Assembly: GCA_963837955.1 (NCBI GenBank)
Contig: CAWIPH010000002.1
Coordinates: forward strand, 2,752,001-2,816,000
DNA length: 64,000 nt
Direction of reading: 5' to 3'
Origin: an uncultured Verrucomicrobiae bacterium
GTDB taxonomy: Bacteria; Verrucomicrobiota; Verrucomicrobiia; Chthoniobacterales; JAFAMB01
In this document: piece after piece, positions 10,004-20,065 of the stretch
Position numbering within the stretch: position 1 is the first letter of the stretch
Layout: every line of letters starts with the position of its first letter
Notes under the pieces: model-generated
The model's input: the letters and a program-made list of their open reading frames with translations, nothing else
Database searches by the model: none
What the model was told of the DNA's origin: nothing
Position numbers and translations under genes: made by a program

Positions 10004-10698
10004 CTTGGGGCGCCATCTTCGATTGGGATGGAGTGATCATCGATTCGTCCGCGCACCACGCAGAGAGTTGGGAGCGTTTGGCTGCTGAAACCGGCCACAT
10101 ACTTCCACCAGGACACTTCAAACGAGGGTTCGGGATGAAAAATGAAAAGATCATTCCAGACCTGCTCGGCTGGAGCCACGATCCGACCGAGATCCATCGG
10201 CTGTCGCTTCGCAAAGAAGAACTTTATCGCGAGATCGTCAAAGAATGGGGCATCGCGCCCTTGCTGGGAATCGTGTCTTGGCTGGACCGCCTGCGCGACC
10301 ACGAAATACCGTGTGCGATCGGTTCGTCCACCCATCGACTGAACATAGACACCGGATTGTCAATTCTCGGGTTCAGAGAGCGTTTTACTGCGGTAGTCAC
10401 CTCCGAGGATGTCCGCGCCGGGAAACCGGATCCGGAGGTGTTTCTCACCGCAGCAGCTCGCATCGGACTACCACCAGAACGATGCGTGGTATTCGAAGAC
10501 GCCCTGGTCGGCATTGAGGCCGCCCATCGCGGGGGAATGCAGGTAGTCGCGGTTGCCACTACCAATCCAATCGAACTGCTAAAGCACGCCGATTTTGCCG
10601 TTCATCGCCTCGATGAATTGACGGTGGAGCAACTTGCTTCCCGAGTGCTTGATCGGCTCGAGTGCAAATCGTTTGAAGATGAGCCAGCCGCTAACTAA
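10000..10698 (+). CDS. HAD-superfamily phosphatase (beta-phosphoglucomutase-like)
   Basis: FDWDGVIIDS, GKPDPEVF, VVFEDALVGIEAA. Confidence 0.9.
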   Translation: MTWGAIFDWDGVIIDSSAHHAESWERLAAETGHILPPGHFKRGFGMKNEKIIPDLLGWSHDPTEIHRLSLRKEELYREIVKEWGIAPLLGIVSWLDRLRDHEIPCAIGSSTHRLNIDTGLSILGFRERFTAVVTSEDVRAGKPDPEVFLTAAARIGLPPERCVVFEDALVGIEAAHRGGMQVVAVATTNPIELLKHADFAVHRLDELTVEQLASRVLDRLECKSFEDEPAAN

Positions 10699-11984
10699 GT
10701 AACGTCGCCAGCCTCTTCGGGAAAAATTTTCAGTAAAGCGGACCGGAGAGCTTCGATGGTTACCGGCTTATTCACAACGAGATCGACGCCGCTTGGCAGC
10801 GTGCCGGAACTTTTCATAAATTCGCCGAACCCTGTTACCATGATGATCGGCAGTGACCTTTCGCCGTCGCCCTCGCGGACGGCATCGACCAGCGCCGCGC
10901 CGGTCATGCCCGGCATTTCCTGATCGGTCACAAGAAGATCATAGATTCCCTGACGGAGAAATTGAAGCGCCTCCGCCCCGCTAGTCGCCGCGGTTACTTC
11001 GTGAAGATCGTTTTCTAGGAATAAAGAGACAAGATCTCGCGAAGTCTTTTCGTCGTCCACTATCAAGACTTTGAGAACTCTGGGCACTTTCTTTCCTAAG
11101 GTCTCAGCAGGGTGAGCGTTTCCTTCGGTCAAAGGTACCGGTTCGGAAACAGCCGAGCCGAGGTCGACTGGCTCGGGGGCCTCTGATTTCTCTGCTTGTT
11201 GATAAAATTCTCGCAATCTGTCCGCTACTCGCGTGGCATCCTTTGCTGCGGTGCGGACGAGTCGAAGGTATCGGCGAGCCTTTTCTTGGTCTTCCAGCAG
11301 TTGGTCTTTTTCCAGCATCAGCTCGGTGTATCCCAGGATCGGGATGAGCGCATTGTTAAATTCGTGCGCCACTTCGCTTGCCACTTTGCCGAGCGCCTCC
11401 AAGCGTGCTTCCCGAACCGCCTTTTGCTGTCTATCCCGCAGTTCCTCCATGGCACGCAAAAGCTTCTCGTTCATTGATTGGAGGTCTGCTTGATGCCCTG
11501 CCGATGCATGTAGTTCCCGGGGAACGTACTGAAGCCGCCGGGCAAGATCGGTCACCCGATTTTCCAGAGTCGTAATCTCAATTCGCAGCTCTCCATTCTC
11601 CCGGAGAAGATCATGCCGCTCATAGGCCTGCTGTAGCAGGCTATTGAGATCGAATCGCGTCCAAGGCTTGATAAGTAACCGGCAAATCTCTCCCGCTCTC
11701 AACGCCCGATCTATTTCCGGAAGGCCAAAATTGCCGGTAACGAGGACCCGAGAGGCCAAAGGCTGAAGCGCTCGACAGGTCCGCAGAAAATCGATACCCG
11801 AAAGTTCCGGCATAGTCTGATCGGCAATCACTACTCCGAACGATGTTTGGTTGAGATGCCGAAGCGCGTCCGCGTTGCTAGTGGCTGACGCAACGACGTA
11901 GCCTTCTCGAGCGATTTGGTCCGCCAGGATTCGGAGAACAATCGCGTCATCATCGACAACTAGAATCGTGCGATCAGGCGCCAT
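10695..11984 (-). CDS. REC-HisKA-REC signalling protein lacking an HATPase domain
   Basis: ILVVDDD...IADQTMP...KPW; H-box EVAHEFNNALIPILG; VLIVDDE...VTDQEMPGMTG...KPV. Confidence 0.85.
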   Translation of the reverse strand: MAPDRTILVVDDDAIVLRILADQIAREGYVVASATSNADALRHLNQTSFGVVIADQTMPELSGIDFLRTCRALQPLASRVLVTGNFGLPEIDRALRAGEICRLLIKPWTRFDLNSLLQQAYERHDLLRENGELRIEITTLENRVTDLARRLQYVPRELHASAGHQADLQSMNEKLLRAMEELRDRQQKAVREARLEALGKVASEVAHEFNNALIPILGYTELMLEKDQLLEDQEKARRYLRLVRTAAKDATRVADRLREFYQQAEKSEAPEPVDLGSAVSEPVPLTEGNAHPAETLGKKVPRVLKVLIVDDEKTSRDLVSLFLENDLHEVTAATSGAEALQFLRQGIYDLLVTDQEMPGMTGAALVDAVREGDGERSLPIIMVTGFGEFMKSSGTLPSGVDLVVNKPVTIEALRSALLKIFPEEAGDVT

Positions 11985-12049
11985 GACTTCCCGCGAAATT
12001 AGCAAATTTCAAGAAACTGGCAGGCATTTCCTTGGTGACCGTGCTCTGC

Positions 12050-12736
12050 TCACGCGAGTCTCTTCTCGTCCATTCGCGATTCAACCCCGGCCGTCAAATC
12101 CATAACGGCTAAATATCCTATTCTCAGGCTCAGTTCCTTATCCGCTTCGCTCCAAGCCAGATCATCTGGAGGGGGATTTACTTTCCCGAACACGCTGGAA
12201 ACATGAGAGCCAATGTCGAAATCCGGTTTATGATTTGCGCTGTAAAGTATCCAAATCTTTCCTGAATCAGCTTCTGCGCCCAAGCGAACGGTCCCGGATC
12301 TCGCACCGAAAGAAAGACAATCTGCTGCTATCAGCGCGACAAAGGCTTGGCGCAGATTGCAAGGATCCACTTGAATTACCGCGTCGCTCGGTTCGACGTC
12401 GAGATAAAGGCTTACACTCCGCGGCACAATGCGAGCCATTTGTCCGAGCAGATCTGTAAGAAATTCGGGTACGCTAACGAGTTCAGGACCCTGGCCTTCT
12501 TCGGCCGCTAAGGAACCGACCGTTATGAGCATCTGCCTGGCCGATTCAGCACTCTCCCGAATCAGCCTGAAGCTTTCGTTTACTTCGTCGATCGGGGACT
12601 CATGGCGCAAGTGGTGCGTACTCAGAGCTAAAATACCAGAAGTGCTATTCCCAAGGTCGTGAATGGTTCGAAGGAGAAGAAAACGCCAAAGCTCGGCTTT
12701 GAAAGCCGCATCGTCTGCCGGCTCGAATCTCGACAT
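12050..12736 (-). CDS. Histidine-kinase-like protein with degenerate ATPase domain (ChpT-like phosphotransferase?)
   Basis: H-box-like RTIHDLGNSTSGILA; DPCNLRQAFVAL where an N-box is expected, no G boxes. Confidence 0.6.
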   Translation of the reverse strand: MSRFEPADDAAFKAELWRFLLLRTIHDLGNSTSGILALSTHHLRHESPIDEVNESFRLIRESAESARQMLITVGSLAAEEGQGPELVSVPEFLTDLLGQMARIVPRSVSLYLDVEPSDAVIQVDPCNLRQAFVALIAADCLSFGARSGTVRLGAEADSGKIWILYSANHKPDFDIGSHVSSVFGKVNPPPDDLAWSEADKELSLRIGYLAVMDLTAGVESRMDEKRLA

Positions 12737-12817
12737 TATACCGAGTTCCTTGTTCGACGCACCGGCGTCATTCTCCGCAGAAAAGGTTTGCCAATTTCCG
12801 CGCTACTTCCCGAATCA

Positions 12818-12982
12818 CTACGTCACTCGGGTATTTTGGGTCACGGACCAACTCTGCTCGATCTTCAGGGTGCCGAGGAAAAATCCCTCTGAGCACAGCT
12901 CCATCAGCGCCGTAACGACACTTTCTCTGTTCGGCGACTGCTGCACCTGCTTGATCCAACCATCCTTCAGGGGCGCATTCAT
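12818..12982 (-). CDS. Putative 54 aa protein (below ORF-track cutoff)
   Basis: Manual translation MNAPLKDGWIKQVQQSPNRESVVTALMELCSEGFFLGTLKIEQSWSVTQNTRVT; co-oriented upstream of the signalling genes. Confidence 0.4.
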   Translation of the reverse strand: MNAPLKDGWIKQVQQSPNRESVVTALMELCSEGFFLGTLKIEQSWSVTQNTRVT

Positions 12983-13156
12983 TCACTAAATGGTTTATCG
13001 GCATTTCTTTGCAACGATTTAGCAGACAATCGCGAAAAAGCAGCAAATCGACTGAAAAGCATTGCTACTGGCACTCCCAGGTCCTATTTTTCCTGGAGGA
13101 GCAAGCAATGCCAGCTTGCCGCATCATGAGGGTCTGCAGTTTGTTCTCGTTGGAAA

Positions 13157-14542
13157 ATGGCGATCGAGAAAGTAGTTATCCTTGACGATGAGCCTATCAT
13201 CCGTCGTTCACTAGAGCTGCAGCTCACCCGAAAGAAACTGGCCGTCTCTCTTTGTACGACCATCGCGGAAGTCGAACAGCTGCTAGCCAAGGAGGCTTTC
13301 GACCTAATGTTCGTGGACGTTCGATTGCCTGATGGAGATGGCACCGATCTGCTAGCTCGCCTCGGCAACCGTTCCGATAAACCGATGATTGTTATGATGA
13401 CCGGGTACGGAACGGTGGAGGCTGCGGTCTCCTGCATACGTTCTGGAGCGTTCGACTACATCATCAAGCCGTTCTCGAGTGGACAAATCGACGTTATTCT
13501 GGATAAAGCGGAAAATTTCGCGCAAGCCGTTAAGGTTAGCCAGGTTCTGGCGCGGCAAACTTCTGACCAAAGCCCTTTAATCGGTGATAGTGAGCCAATT
13601 CGGCTGCTTCGTCAGATGATCCAAAAAGTCGCACCTACCGAAGCGACCGTATTGATCAGCGGGGAGAACGGGACCGGAAAAGAATTGGTGGCCACCGAGA
13701 TATTTCGCGCCAGCGGCCGAGCCTCAGCCCCTTTTATCAAAGTAAACTGCGCGGCCATTTCGGAGACATTGATCGAGAGCGAGTTTTTCGGCCACGAGAA
13801 AGGCGCTTTCACTGGTGCAACGGAAAAGCGAGAGGGCAGATTTGAATTAGCCAACCGGGGAACCATCTTGCTTGACGAGATCAGCGAAGTCTCTTTGAAG
13901 CTGCAGGCTAAATTATTGCGCGTCCTACAGGAAAGAGAGTTCGAAAGGGTTGGCGGCGGTCGTCCCATTCAAGTGAATGTTCGGGTGCTGGCAACAACCA
14001 ATCGGCATCTGGAAAAAACGGTTAAACAGAAAGAATTTAGGCAGGATTTATTCTACCGGCTGAACGTTTTCCCGATCGTCGTTCCCCCGCTGCGCACCCG
14101 TAAAGCGGATATCCGAGCGTTATCGGAAGCCTTCCTCATTCGGATCACTCAGCGTACCGGAATTGCGTCGCCCACCTTGACGCCCGAGACTTTAGCCATT
14201 TTTGAGGCGTATGATTGGCCCGGAAACGTGCGAGAATTGCAAAATGTAATTGAGCGAGCCGTCATCCTGAGCGAACCAAACGAGCCCATTTCGCCGGCGG
14301 TACTTGGACCCATGTTTCCTCAAATGGCGAAGCAGATGCGCAGCGAAATCGAGCCAGCGCCTTCCACTCCCACTTTTCCGAACGAAGTCGTTCCGCTCGA
14401 GACCGTCGAGAAAGAATACATTCTCTATGCGCTGAAAAAAGCGAACGGTAACCGGACACATACCGCACAGATGCTCGGTATCAGTATCCGGACGCTCCGT
14501 AACAAACTGCACGAAATTTCAGCGGGGAACGGAGGGGATTAA
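13157..14542 (+). CDS. Sigma54-dependent response regulator (NtrC/AtoC family)
   Basis: REC domain, GENGTGKE Walker A, GAFTGA, LLDEISE, WPGNVRELQN, C-terminal Fis HTH. Confidence 0.95.
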   Translation: MAIEKVVILDDEPIIRRSLELQLTRKKLAVSLCTTIAEVEQLLAKEAFDLMFVDVRLPDGDGTDLLARLGNRSDKPMIVMMTGYGTVEAAVSCIRSGAFDYIIKPFSSGQIDVILDKAENFAQAVKVSQVLARQTSDQSPLIGDSEPIRLLRQMIQKVAPTEATVLISGENGTGKELVATEIFRASGRASAPFIKVNCAAISETLIESEFFGHEKGAFTGATEKREGRFELANRGTILLDEISEVSLKLQAKLLRVLQEREFERVGGGRPIQVNVRVLATTNRHLEKTVKQKEFRQDLFYRLNVFPIVVPPLRTRKADIRALSEAFLIRITQRTGIASPTLTPETLAIFEAYDWPGNVRELQNVIERAVILSEPNEPISPAVLGPMFPQMAKQMRSEIEPAPSTPTFPNEVVPLETVEKEYILYALKKANGNRTHTAQMLGISIRTLRNKLHEISAGNGGD

Positions 14543-14791
14543 ACGCCGGCAACGCCGGGAACGCACGGGAACGCTGGGAACGCACGGGACCGCCGGCAAC
14601 GCCGGGACGCCGGGAAGGCTGGTAGCGCGGGAGTTGCGCGAACGGCGTTAAATCTTGAAAGTGATGTGCCGAAGCGCTCGGCACTCGTTTCCTATTTTCC
14701 CAACCACTCTCTAAGTACAACTGTCTCGGCCAGTCCCCTGCGCGAGCACGACGCTCTCGGCGTTCTCGGCGTTCCCGGCGTTCCCGGCGTT
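14542..14791. repeat. Inverted arrays of 9 bp AACGCCGGS units filling a convergent intergenic gap
   Basis: About 8 aacgccggc/aacgccggg-like units from 14542; four ctcggcgtt/cccggcgtt units ending at 14791. Confidence 0.85.
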
Positions 14792-15360
14792 TACAACTGA
14801 GGAAGCGTTATTCCGCGCTGGCCCATATACTTCCCCGCGCGGTCTGCGTACGAGGTCTCACATATTTCCGAGCCACTCAGAAAGATTATCTGGGCAAGTC
14901 CCTCCTGAGCGTAAATGCGTGCCGGCAACGGTGTCGTATTAGAGATCTCGAGTGTCACGTGCCCTTCCCACTCCGGCTCCAGCGGCGTCACATTCACGAT
15001 GATGCCGCAGCGCGCATAGGTGGATTTGCCAAGACAGATGGCCAACACCTCGCGCGGAATACGAAAATATTCCACACTGCGAGCCAGGGCAAAAGAGTTT
15101 GGCGGGATGATGCAGATATCCGCTTCGAGGTTGACGAAAGACCTCTCATCAAAAGCCTTCGGGTCGACCACAGTGTTAAATACGTTGGTGAAGACCTTAA
15201 ATTCATTTGAGACACGCAAGTCGTAGCCGTAACTCGAAAGTCCATAACTGATGATTGAGACTCCTTTTTCCGTTTTGCGTAACTGCCCATCGAAGAACGG
15301 GTCGATCATCCGATGCTTTCGCACCATTTGGCGTATCCACTGATCAGAACAAATACCCAT
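14791..15360 (-). CDS. dcd: dCTP deaminase
   Basis: [34 protein letters not shown]; start at MGICSD. Confidence 0.96.
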   Translation of the reverse strand: MGICSDQWIRQMVRKHRMIDPFFDGQLRKTEKGVSIISYGLSSYGYDLRVSNEFKVFTNVFNTVVDPKAFDERSFVNLEADICIIPPNSFALARSVEYFRIPREVLAICLGKSTYARCGIIVNVTPLEPEWEGHVTLEISNTTPLPARIYAQEGLAQIIFLSGSEICETSYADRAGKYMGQRGITLPQL

Positions 15361-15382
15361 TTCGTAACAGTTCAGGTTGGGT

Positions 15383-18193
15383 TTACTGGCACGATTCGCA
15401 AACTGTCCCATTACCCTTTGCATCGATCGAACAAAGCGGTGTCTCCTCGGTCGCCGGCTTGCGATCGCGGTTGCCGGAATCGATGGAGGAATTGTTAATC
15501 GTCCGCAGATAGTAGGTGGTCTTTAGGCCTCGCTCCCAAGCTTCTCGGTAAAGGAAGGACGCTTTGCGTGCATCGTTCTCGGCAAGGAAAAGATTTACCG
15601 ATTGCGATTGATCGATCCATTTCTGTCGCACGGCCGCGCACTGAAGAAGCCAGGTTGGCTCGATTTCGAATGCCGTTTTATAAAGCCGCTTCAGATCTTC
15701 TGGTACCCGATCAATCGATTGAACTGAACCGTCGAAATACTTTAAATCAGAAAGCATCTCCGCGTCCCAAAGACCAAGTCTCATCAACTCCTTAACCAGG
15801 AAATCGTTGGTCCGGACAAATTCTCCAGAAAGATTCGATTTAGTGTGAATGTGCTTATAGCTCGGCTCGATGCATGGAGTGCAACCCATGATATTGGAGA
15901 TCGTGGCGGTCGGCGCGATCGCCATACAATTTGAATTGCGCATACCCTGACGCTGGATTTTCGTTCGCAAGCCGTCCCAATCGAGACGCTTCTTACGATC
16001 CACCAGCACCGGCATACGGCGCTCCTGTTCTAGAAGGTCCAGTGTATCAAACGGCAGGATGCCTCGATCCCATTTAGAGCCTTGGTACGATGGATATCTG
16101 CCACGCTCGGCAGCTAAATCACTCGAAGCGCTGTACGCATAGAAGGCGACCGCCTCCACCAACTCGTCATTGAAATCAATGGCAGTGGGATCATCAAATG
16201 GAACACGCTTTCCATAGAGCGCGTCTTGCATCCCCATCACACCAAGTCCGACTGGACGATGGCGCAAATTAGTAAGCTGCGCCGCCTGCACCGGATAGTA
16301 GTTGATGTCGATTACGTTATCGAGCATCCGCATAACACTCGTGACCGTGCCCCGAAGTTTGGCGTGATCGATCGATCCATCCGCAGTGAGATGCGCCGGG
16401 ACATTAATGGAAGCGAGATTGCATACGGCCACCTCTTCGCTGCTCGTATTCAATGTGATCTCGGTACAAAGATTCGAGTTATGGACGACGCCCACGTGAT
16501 CCTGAGGCGAGCGTAGATTGCAGGGATCCTTGAAACTGATCCAGGGATGACCGGTTTCAAATAGTGCCTCCATCATCTTCTTCCAAAGCGCTAAGACACG
16601 AATCTTCTTTCCGTACAATTCGCCTTTATCGACGAGCGCCTCATATTGGAGATAACGTTCCTCAAATTTTTGGCCGTAGAGCTCAGGCAGATCAGGCACT
16701 TCGCTCGTACGGAAAAGTGTCCAAGTAGCCTCCTTCGAAAGTTCTCCCGCGGAGATATCTCGCAGGCGCTTCATGAACAGATCGGGAATCCAGTGCGCCG
16801 TGTTCATGTTATGGGTACGGCGGCGTTCGTCCCCTGTCTCTTTACGCAAATCGATAAAATCCTCGATATCGGCGTGCCAAAGTTCGAGATAACTGCAAAG
16901 TGCACCAGGGCGTTTCCCGCCTTGGTTCACCGCGACGGCGATGTCGTTAGAGACCTTGAGAAATGGAATTACTCCGGACGACTCTCCGTTGGTTCCTTGA
17001 ATATGCGCGCCGCTGCCGCGCACCGCGGTCCAGGAACAACCCAAGCCCCCCGCCCACTTTGATAGCAGTGAAAACCGGGTCCAGGTCTCCGCAATCTCCT
17101 CCATCGAATCACCGCAAAAGAGCAAGTAACAGCTGGACAATTGGGGGCGAAGGGTACCGGAATTAAATAGGGTCGGGGTCGAAGAACAAGCGCGCTTGCT
17201 TTGATAGATGCCGTAGAATTCCTTTGCTCGAGCCTCCCGATCCTGCTCTAGGACGGAGAGCCCCATCGCCACTCGCATCCAAAAAATCTGCGGAGCCTCA
17301 ATCCGCCGGCGCCCGTCGGGTACAGATGAGTCCTTCACGTGAATCAGGTACCGATCATAGAGATTTTGAATACCGATGAAGTCAAATTGCAGGTCCGCGT
17401 ACGGATCGATGGCGTCCGCCAACTCTTTGAGCCGAAACTCGGCCAGTCGAGGATCCAAACGCTTTGCCTCAATCCCTAGCCGGATGTAATTCAGAAATGC
17501 TTTGCGATGGCTTTCTTTGAGTTGATCGATTCCATCCTCGATCTTCCAGGGAAGCGTTTCCTCATAAATGTAAGTAAGGAGAATGCGGGCGGCCAGGAAC
17601 CGGCAGTCGGCATCAACGTCCAACAGATTTTTGGCGTTGAGCACGATCGTCTCGCGCTGCTCTTGCGGCGTAAGCGACATAGAAACGCCGCGGAGCAAGC
17701 GTGCCATGAGCTCATCTTCCGAGACCGTTAGGTCCAGGCCGATTCGAGCAAATGAAAGTCTTGCTCGAAGACCGGCATTGACACTGGGGGTCGATAACTC
17801 CAGTTGCTCTCCGCTTTCGCCAGTCACAACTTTTGTTTCCCGTAACGCCGCGCGACGTGCGCGGTATTTGCCATACGCGAGCGCGACCCGCGCATGGCCT
17901 AGTTCGATCAGCGTGTTCTCGACCAAATCCTGAACTTCCTCGATATGAACGAAAAGTGGGTGTTCTCTTCTTATCCGAATCTCAACCTCTGTTCTGATCT
18001 GTTTGCCAACGGTGAGGTGATCCGCCGATGAACAGGCCGCGTCCACCGCTTTCTCGATCTTATGGCCGAGCCATGGTACCACCCGCGGCTTTTGCAAACT
18101 TGATTGCGCCAGGTCGCGGCGAATCACCCGTGGAAACTCGGCGCTCCCGACGCCGCCGATGTTCTGGGCCAGTTCCGATGTCGATGCGCTCAT
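15383..18193 (-). CDS. nrdA: Class I ribonucleotide reductase alpha subunit with N-terminal ATP-cone
   Basis: [42 protein letters not shown]-terminal CESCQ. Confidence 0.97.
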   Translation of the reverse strand: MSASTSELAQNIGGVGSAEFPRVIRRDLAQSSLQKPRVVPWLGHKIEKAVDAACSSADHLTVGKQIRTEVEIRIRREHPLFVHIEEVQDLVENTLIELGHARVALAYGKYRARRAALRETKVVTGESGEQLELSTPSVNAGLRARLSFARIGLDLTVSEDELMARLLRGVSMSLTPQEQRETIVLNAKNLLDVDADCRFLAARILLTYIYEETLPWKIEDGIDQLKESHRKAFLNYIRLGIEAKRLDPRLAEFRLKELADAIDPYADLQFDFIGIQNLYDRYLIHVKDSSVPDGRRRIEAPQIFWMRVAMGLSVLEQDREARAKEFYGIYQSKRACSSTPTLFNSGTLRPQLSSCYLLFCGDSMEEIAETWTRFSLLSKWAGGLGCSWTAVRGSGAHIQGTNGESSGVIPFLKVSNDIAVAVNQGGKRPGALCSYLELWHADIEDFIDLRKETGDERRRTHNMNTAHWIPDLFMKRLRDISAGELSKEATWTLFRTSEVPDLPELYGQKFEERYLQYEALVDKGELYGKKIRVLALWKKMMEALFETGHPWISFKDPCNLRSPQDHVGVVHNSNLCTEITLNTSSEEVAVCNLASINVPAHLTADGSIDHAKLRGTVTSVMRMLDNVIDINYYPVQAAQLTNLRHRPVGLGVMGMQDALYGKRVPFDDPTAIDFNDELVEAVAFYAYSASSDLAAERGRYPSYQGSKWDRGILPFDTLDLLEQERRMPVLVDRKKRLDWDGLRTKIQRQGMRNSNCMAIAPTATISNIMGCTPCIEPSYKHIHTKSNLSGEFVRTNDFLVKELMRLGLWDAEMLSDLKYFDGSVQSIDRVPEDLKRLYKTAFEIEPTWLLQCAAVRQKWIDQSQSVNLFLAENDARKASFLYREAWERGLKTTYYLRTINNSSIDSGNRDRKPATEETPLCSIDAKGNGTVCESCQ

Positions 18194-18217
18194 AATGGTG
18201 CTCTCCAGTTCTGGGCA

Positions 18218-19351
18218 CTAGATCAGGTCGTCCTCATTAGCGTTTTTCACGCTGCCGCCGGTCTGATATTCGGTGACGCGTGTCTCGAAGAAGTTCTTTT
18301 CTTTTTTTAGGAACATCACTTCGTCGAGCCATAAAAACGGGTTGTTCTTTACGCCGGAGAGCGGAGGCAGACCCAGGCTAATCAGGCGGCGGTCCGCATT
18401 GTAATCAACGTAATCGCCGAAGTCTTTCTGGGTTAAGCCGACAAAGTCTTCCGGCAAACAATCGACAACAAACTCCTTCTCCAATTGCACCCCTTCACGC
18501 ATAAAATCGATCAGCTCTTGCCGAAACTCCTCGGTCCACACATCTGGATTTTCTTTGATCAGCTCCTGCAGCAAATAACGACCCAACGCGATGTGATTCG
18601 ATTCGTCTCGTAGCGTATATTGAAACATCTGACCGATGCCGGTCATCTTGTTCTGTCGATGGAGACACAAGATCATAGCAAAGAGCGCATAGAACTGCGT
18701 CCCTTCCATCACCTGCGTGATTCCAAACAGCGCTTTGGCAAACTTCTGTTTAGTAGCCGTCCGGGTTAAATCCAGACCCATTTTGAGTTCCGGCATGTGG
18801 CGCGTGATAAATGCATTCTTGTGCCGGATGGAGGGGATATCCTCGAATTTGGCCGTCACCTCGTCCAAATCGATGTTCAAACTCCCTAAAATGTGGAGCA
18901 GCGAATCCATATGGATCGATTCTTCGGCGATTTGCCGGAGTGCCGCATGTTTCAACTCAGCCGCCGTCAGGTTCTCTTCAATGACATGCAGGACACTGTC
19001 GCCCACGATCCCTTCGGCTGCGGAAAAGTAGCCGACTCCCATTTCGATAATCCACCGCTCTTTGTGATTGAGCTTGGACGAATTCCACAATGTACAATCC
19101 TTCGTCATATCGATGACATCAGGCTCCCAGTGGTTTGCCTTCATCTGCTTGTAGATGCGATATGCCTCGTGGTACTTCAGCGGCAGAATGTTCAGTTCAG
19201 CCGAGCGAAGGCCATTGATTACTCGCTTGCCCTCGAGCCGCTGGCGGGCTCTCTCCTTGTTCAGGCGGAATGTTTTGTTTTGGAAGGTATAGACTACCTC
19301 CCCCTTCTCTTTCGAGATCGCTTCTTTAAAAGTTGATGATGTCTCGGTCAT
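18218..19351 (-). CDS. nrdB: Ribonucleotide reductase beta subunit, class Ic-like (no radical Tyr)
   Basis: FSAAEGIV, EESIHMDSL, MEGTQFY, RDESNH, KEKNFFETRVTEY. Confidence 0.95.
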   Translation of the reverse strand: MTETSSTFKEAISKEKGEVVYTFQNKTFRLNKERARQRLEGKRVINGLRSAELNILPLKYHEAYRIYKQMKANHWEPDVIDMTKDCTLWNSSKLNHKERWIIEMGVGYFSAAEGIVGDSVLHVIEENLTAAELKHAALRQIAEESIHMDSLLHILGSLNIDLDEVTAKFEDIPSIRHKNAFITRHMPELKMGLDLTRTATKQKFAKALFGITQVMEGTQFYALFAMILCLHRQNKMTGIGQMFQYTLRDESNHIALGRYLLQELIKENPDVWTEEFRQELIDFMREGVQLEKEFVVDCLPEDFVGLTQKDFGDYVDYNADRRLISLGLPPLSGVKNNPFLWLDEVMFLKKEKNFFETRVTEYQTGGSVKNANEDDLI

Positions 19352-19549
19352 AATCTTCGCAGGTGCCCGCCACGGCACGTTTGTTCGTCGAACCTCGAGA
19401 AGACAAAAAGACCTTCAATAAGCCCGATCGGGAAAATTGAAGGTATTGGAGCAACCGGCGGGGTTGCGAAAAAGACATTCAAATTCCCATCCTGTCTTTG
19501 GCGAGACAGATGCCTCGACCCCTCGGCCGCGGACTTGATGAGCATGAAA

Positions 19550-19710
19550 AAGCAGGTCTTCTGACTTCGAGATCGTCCTACCAATCCCGCCTTACCGTGC
19601 TCCCGCACAGTGGCTTTATGAGATCTTCGTCCCTCGTTACAGCGGCGCTACCGCACAGGATTTACACCTGTTTCCCTATTCTCCTCTAAGCATGATTAGA
19701 GGCACTTTTT
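19550..19710 (-). ncRNA. Cobalamin riboswitch upstream of nrdB
   Basis: Minus strand reads aatagggaa-caggtg-aaatcctg...gccgctgtaa...gccactg...ggtaaggc...agtcagaagacctgc (B12 box). Confidence 0.93.
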
Positions 19711-19720
19711 CATGGTTATA

Positions 19721-19786
19721 CCACAATATGTAGTGGTAGTTTCAAAGAACTACACTTCTAATAGAGGTGTGCGGCGATCGCGTCAA
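19721..19786 (-). promoter_or_regulatory. NrdR boxes and sigma70 promoter of nrdBA-dcd
   Basis: ccacaatatgtagtgg (19721-19736) matches the NrdR box; weaker acacttctaatagagg 31 bp away (19752); TTGACG-N17-TATTAG on minus strand (19786-19758). Confidence 0.75.
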
Positions 19787-19840
19787 CCTAAATTATCAGG
19801 CTTTTGTTGGTACGCCATGATGCTCCAGCATCAGGGAGGG

Positions 19841-19940
19841 TGTGATCGGTGAAAGGTGATTGGTGATCAGTGATCAGTCATAGGCGATGATAGATTTCTG
19901 CCGAGGGCTCGCCGATGGGCATCCACCAATCACTTCTCAC
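19841..19940. repeat. GGTGATY heptamer-unit element
   Basis: gtgatcggtgaaaggtgattggtgatcagtgatc ... gccgagggctcgccgatgggca ... ccaatcacttct; homologous to ~4903-5010. Confidence 0.75.
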
Positions 19941-20065
19941 GATCGCAGCGGGCAGGGTTTCGCTCGCCGCGACTTATCCTTCGTTCTGGCCAACAAAATG
20001 GTCGCACACGGACTTTCAATCATGTTGGTCCTTGACCAGCAGCAAACGTCCGCTTTGAGTCGATC

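Noticed and set aside
12768..13046. 92 aa ORF from the track
   Set aside because: No recognisable features; the overlapping ATG-started 54 aa frame looks more protein-like
12996..13156. Sigma54 promoter near the NtrC-type gene
   Set aside because: Best candidate cggcatttctttgc has 9 rather than 10 bases between GG and GC
15383..18193. Intein or intron in nrdA
   Set aside because: Motifs are contiguous and length is explained by the N-terminal ATP-cone region
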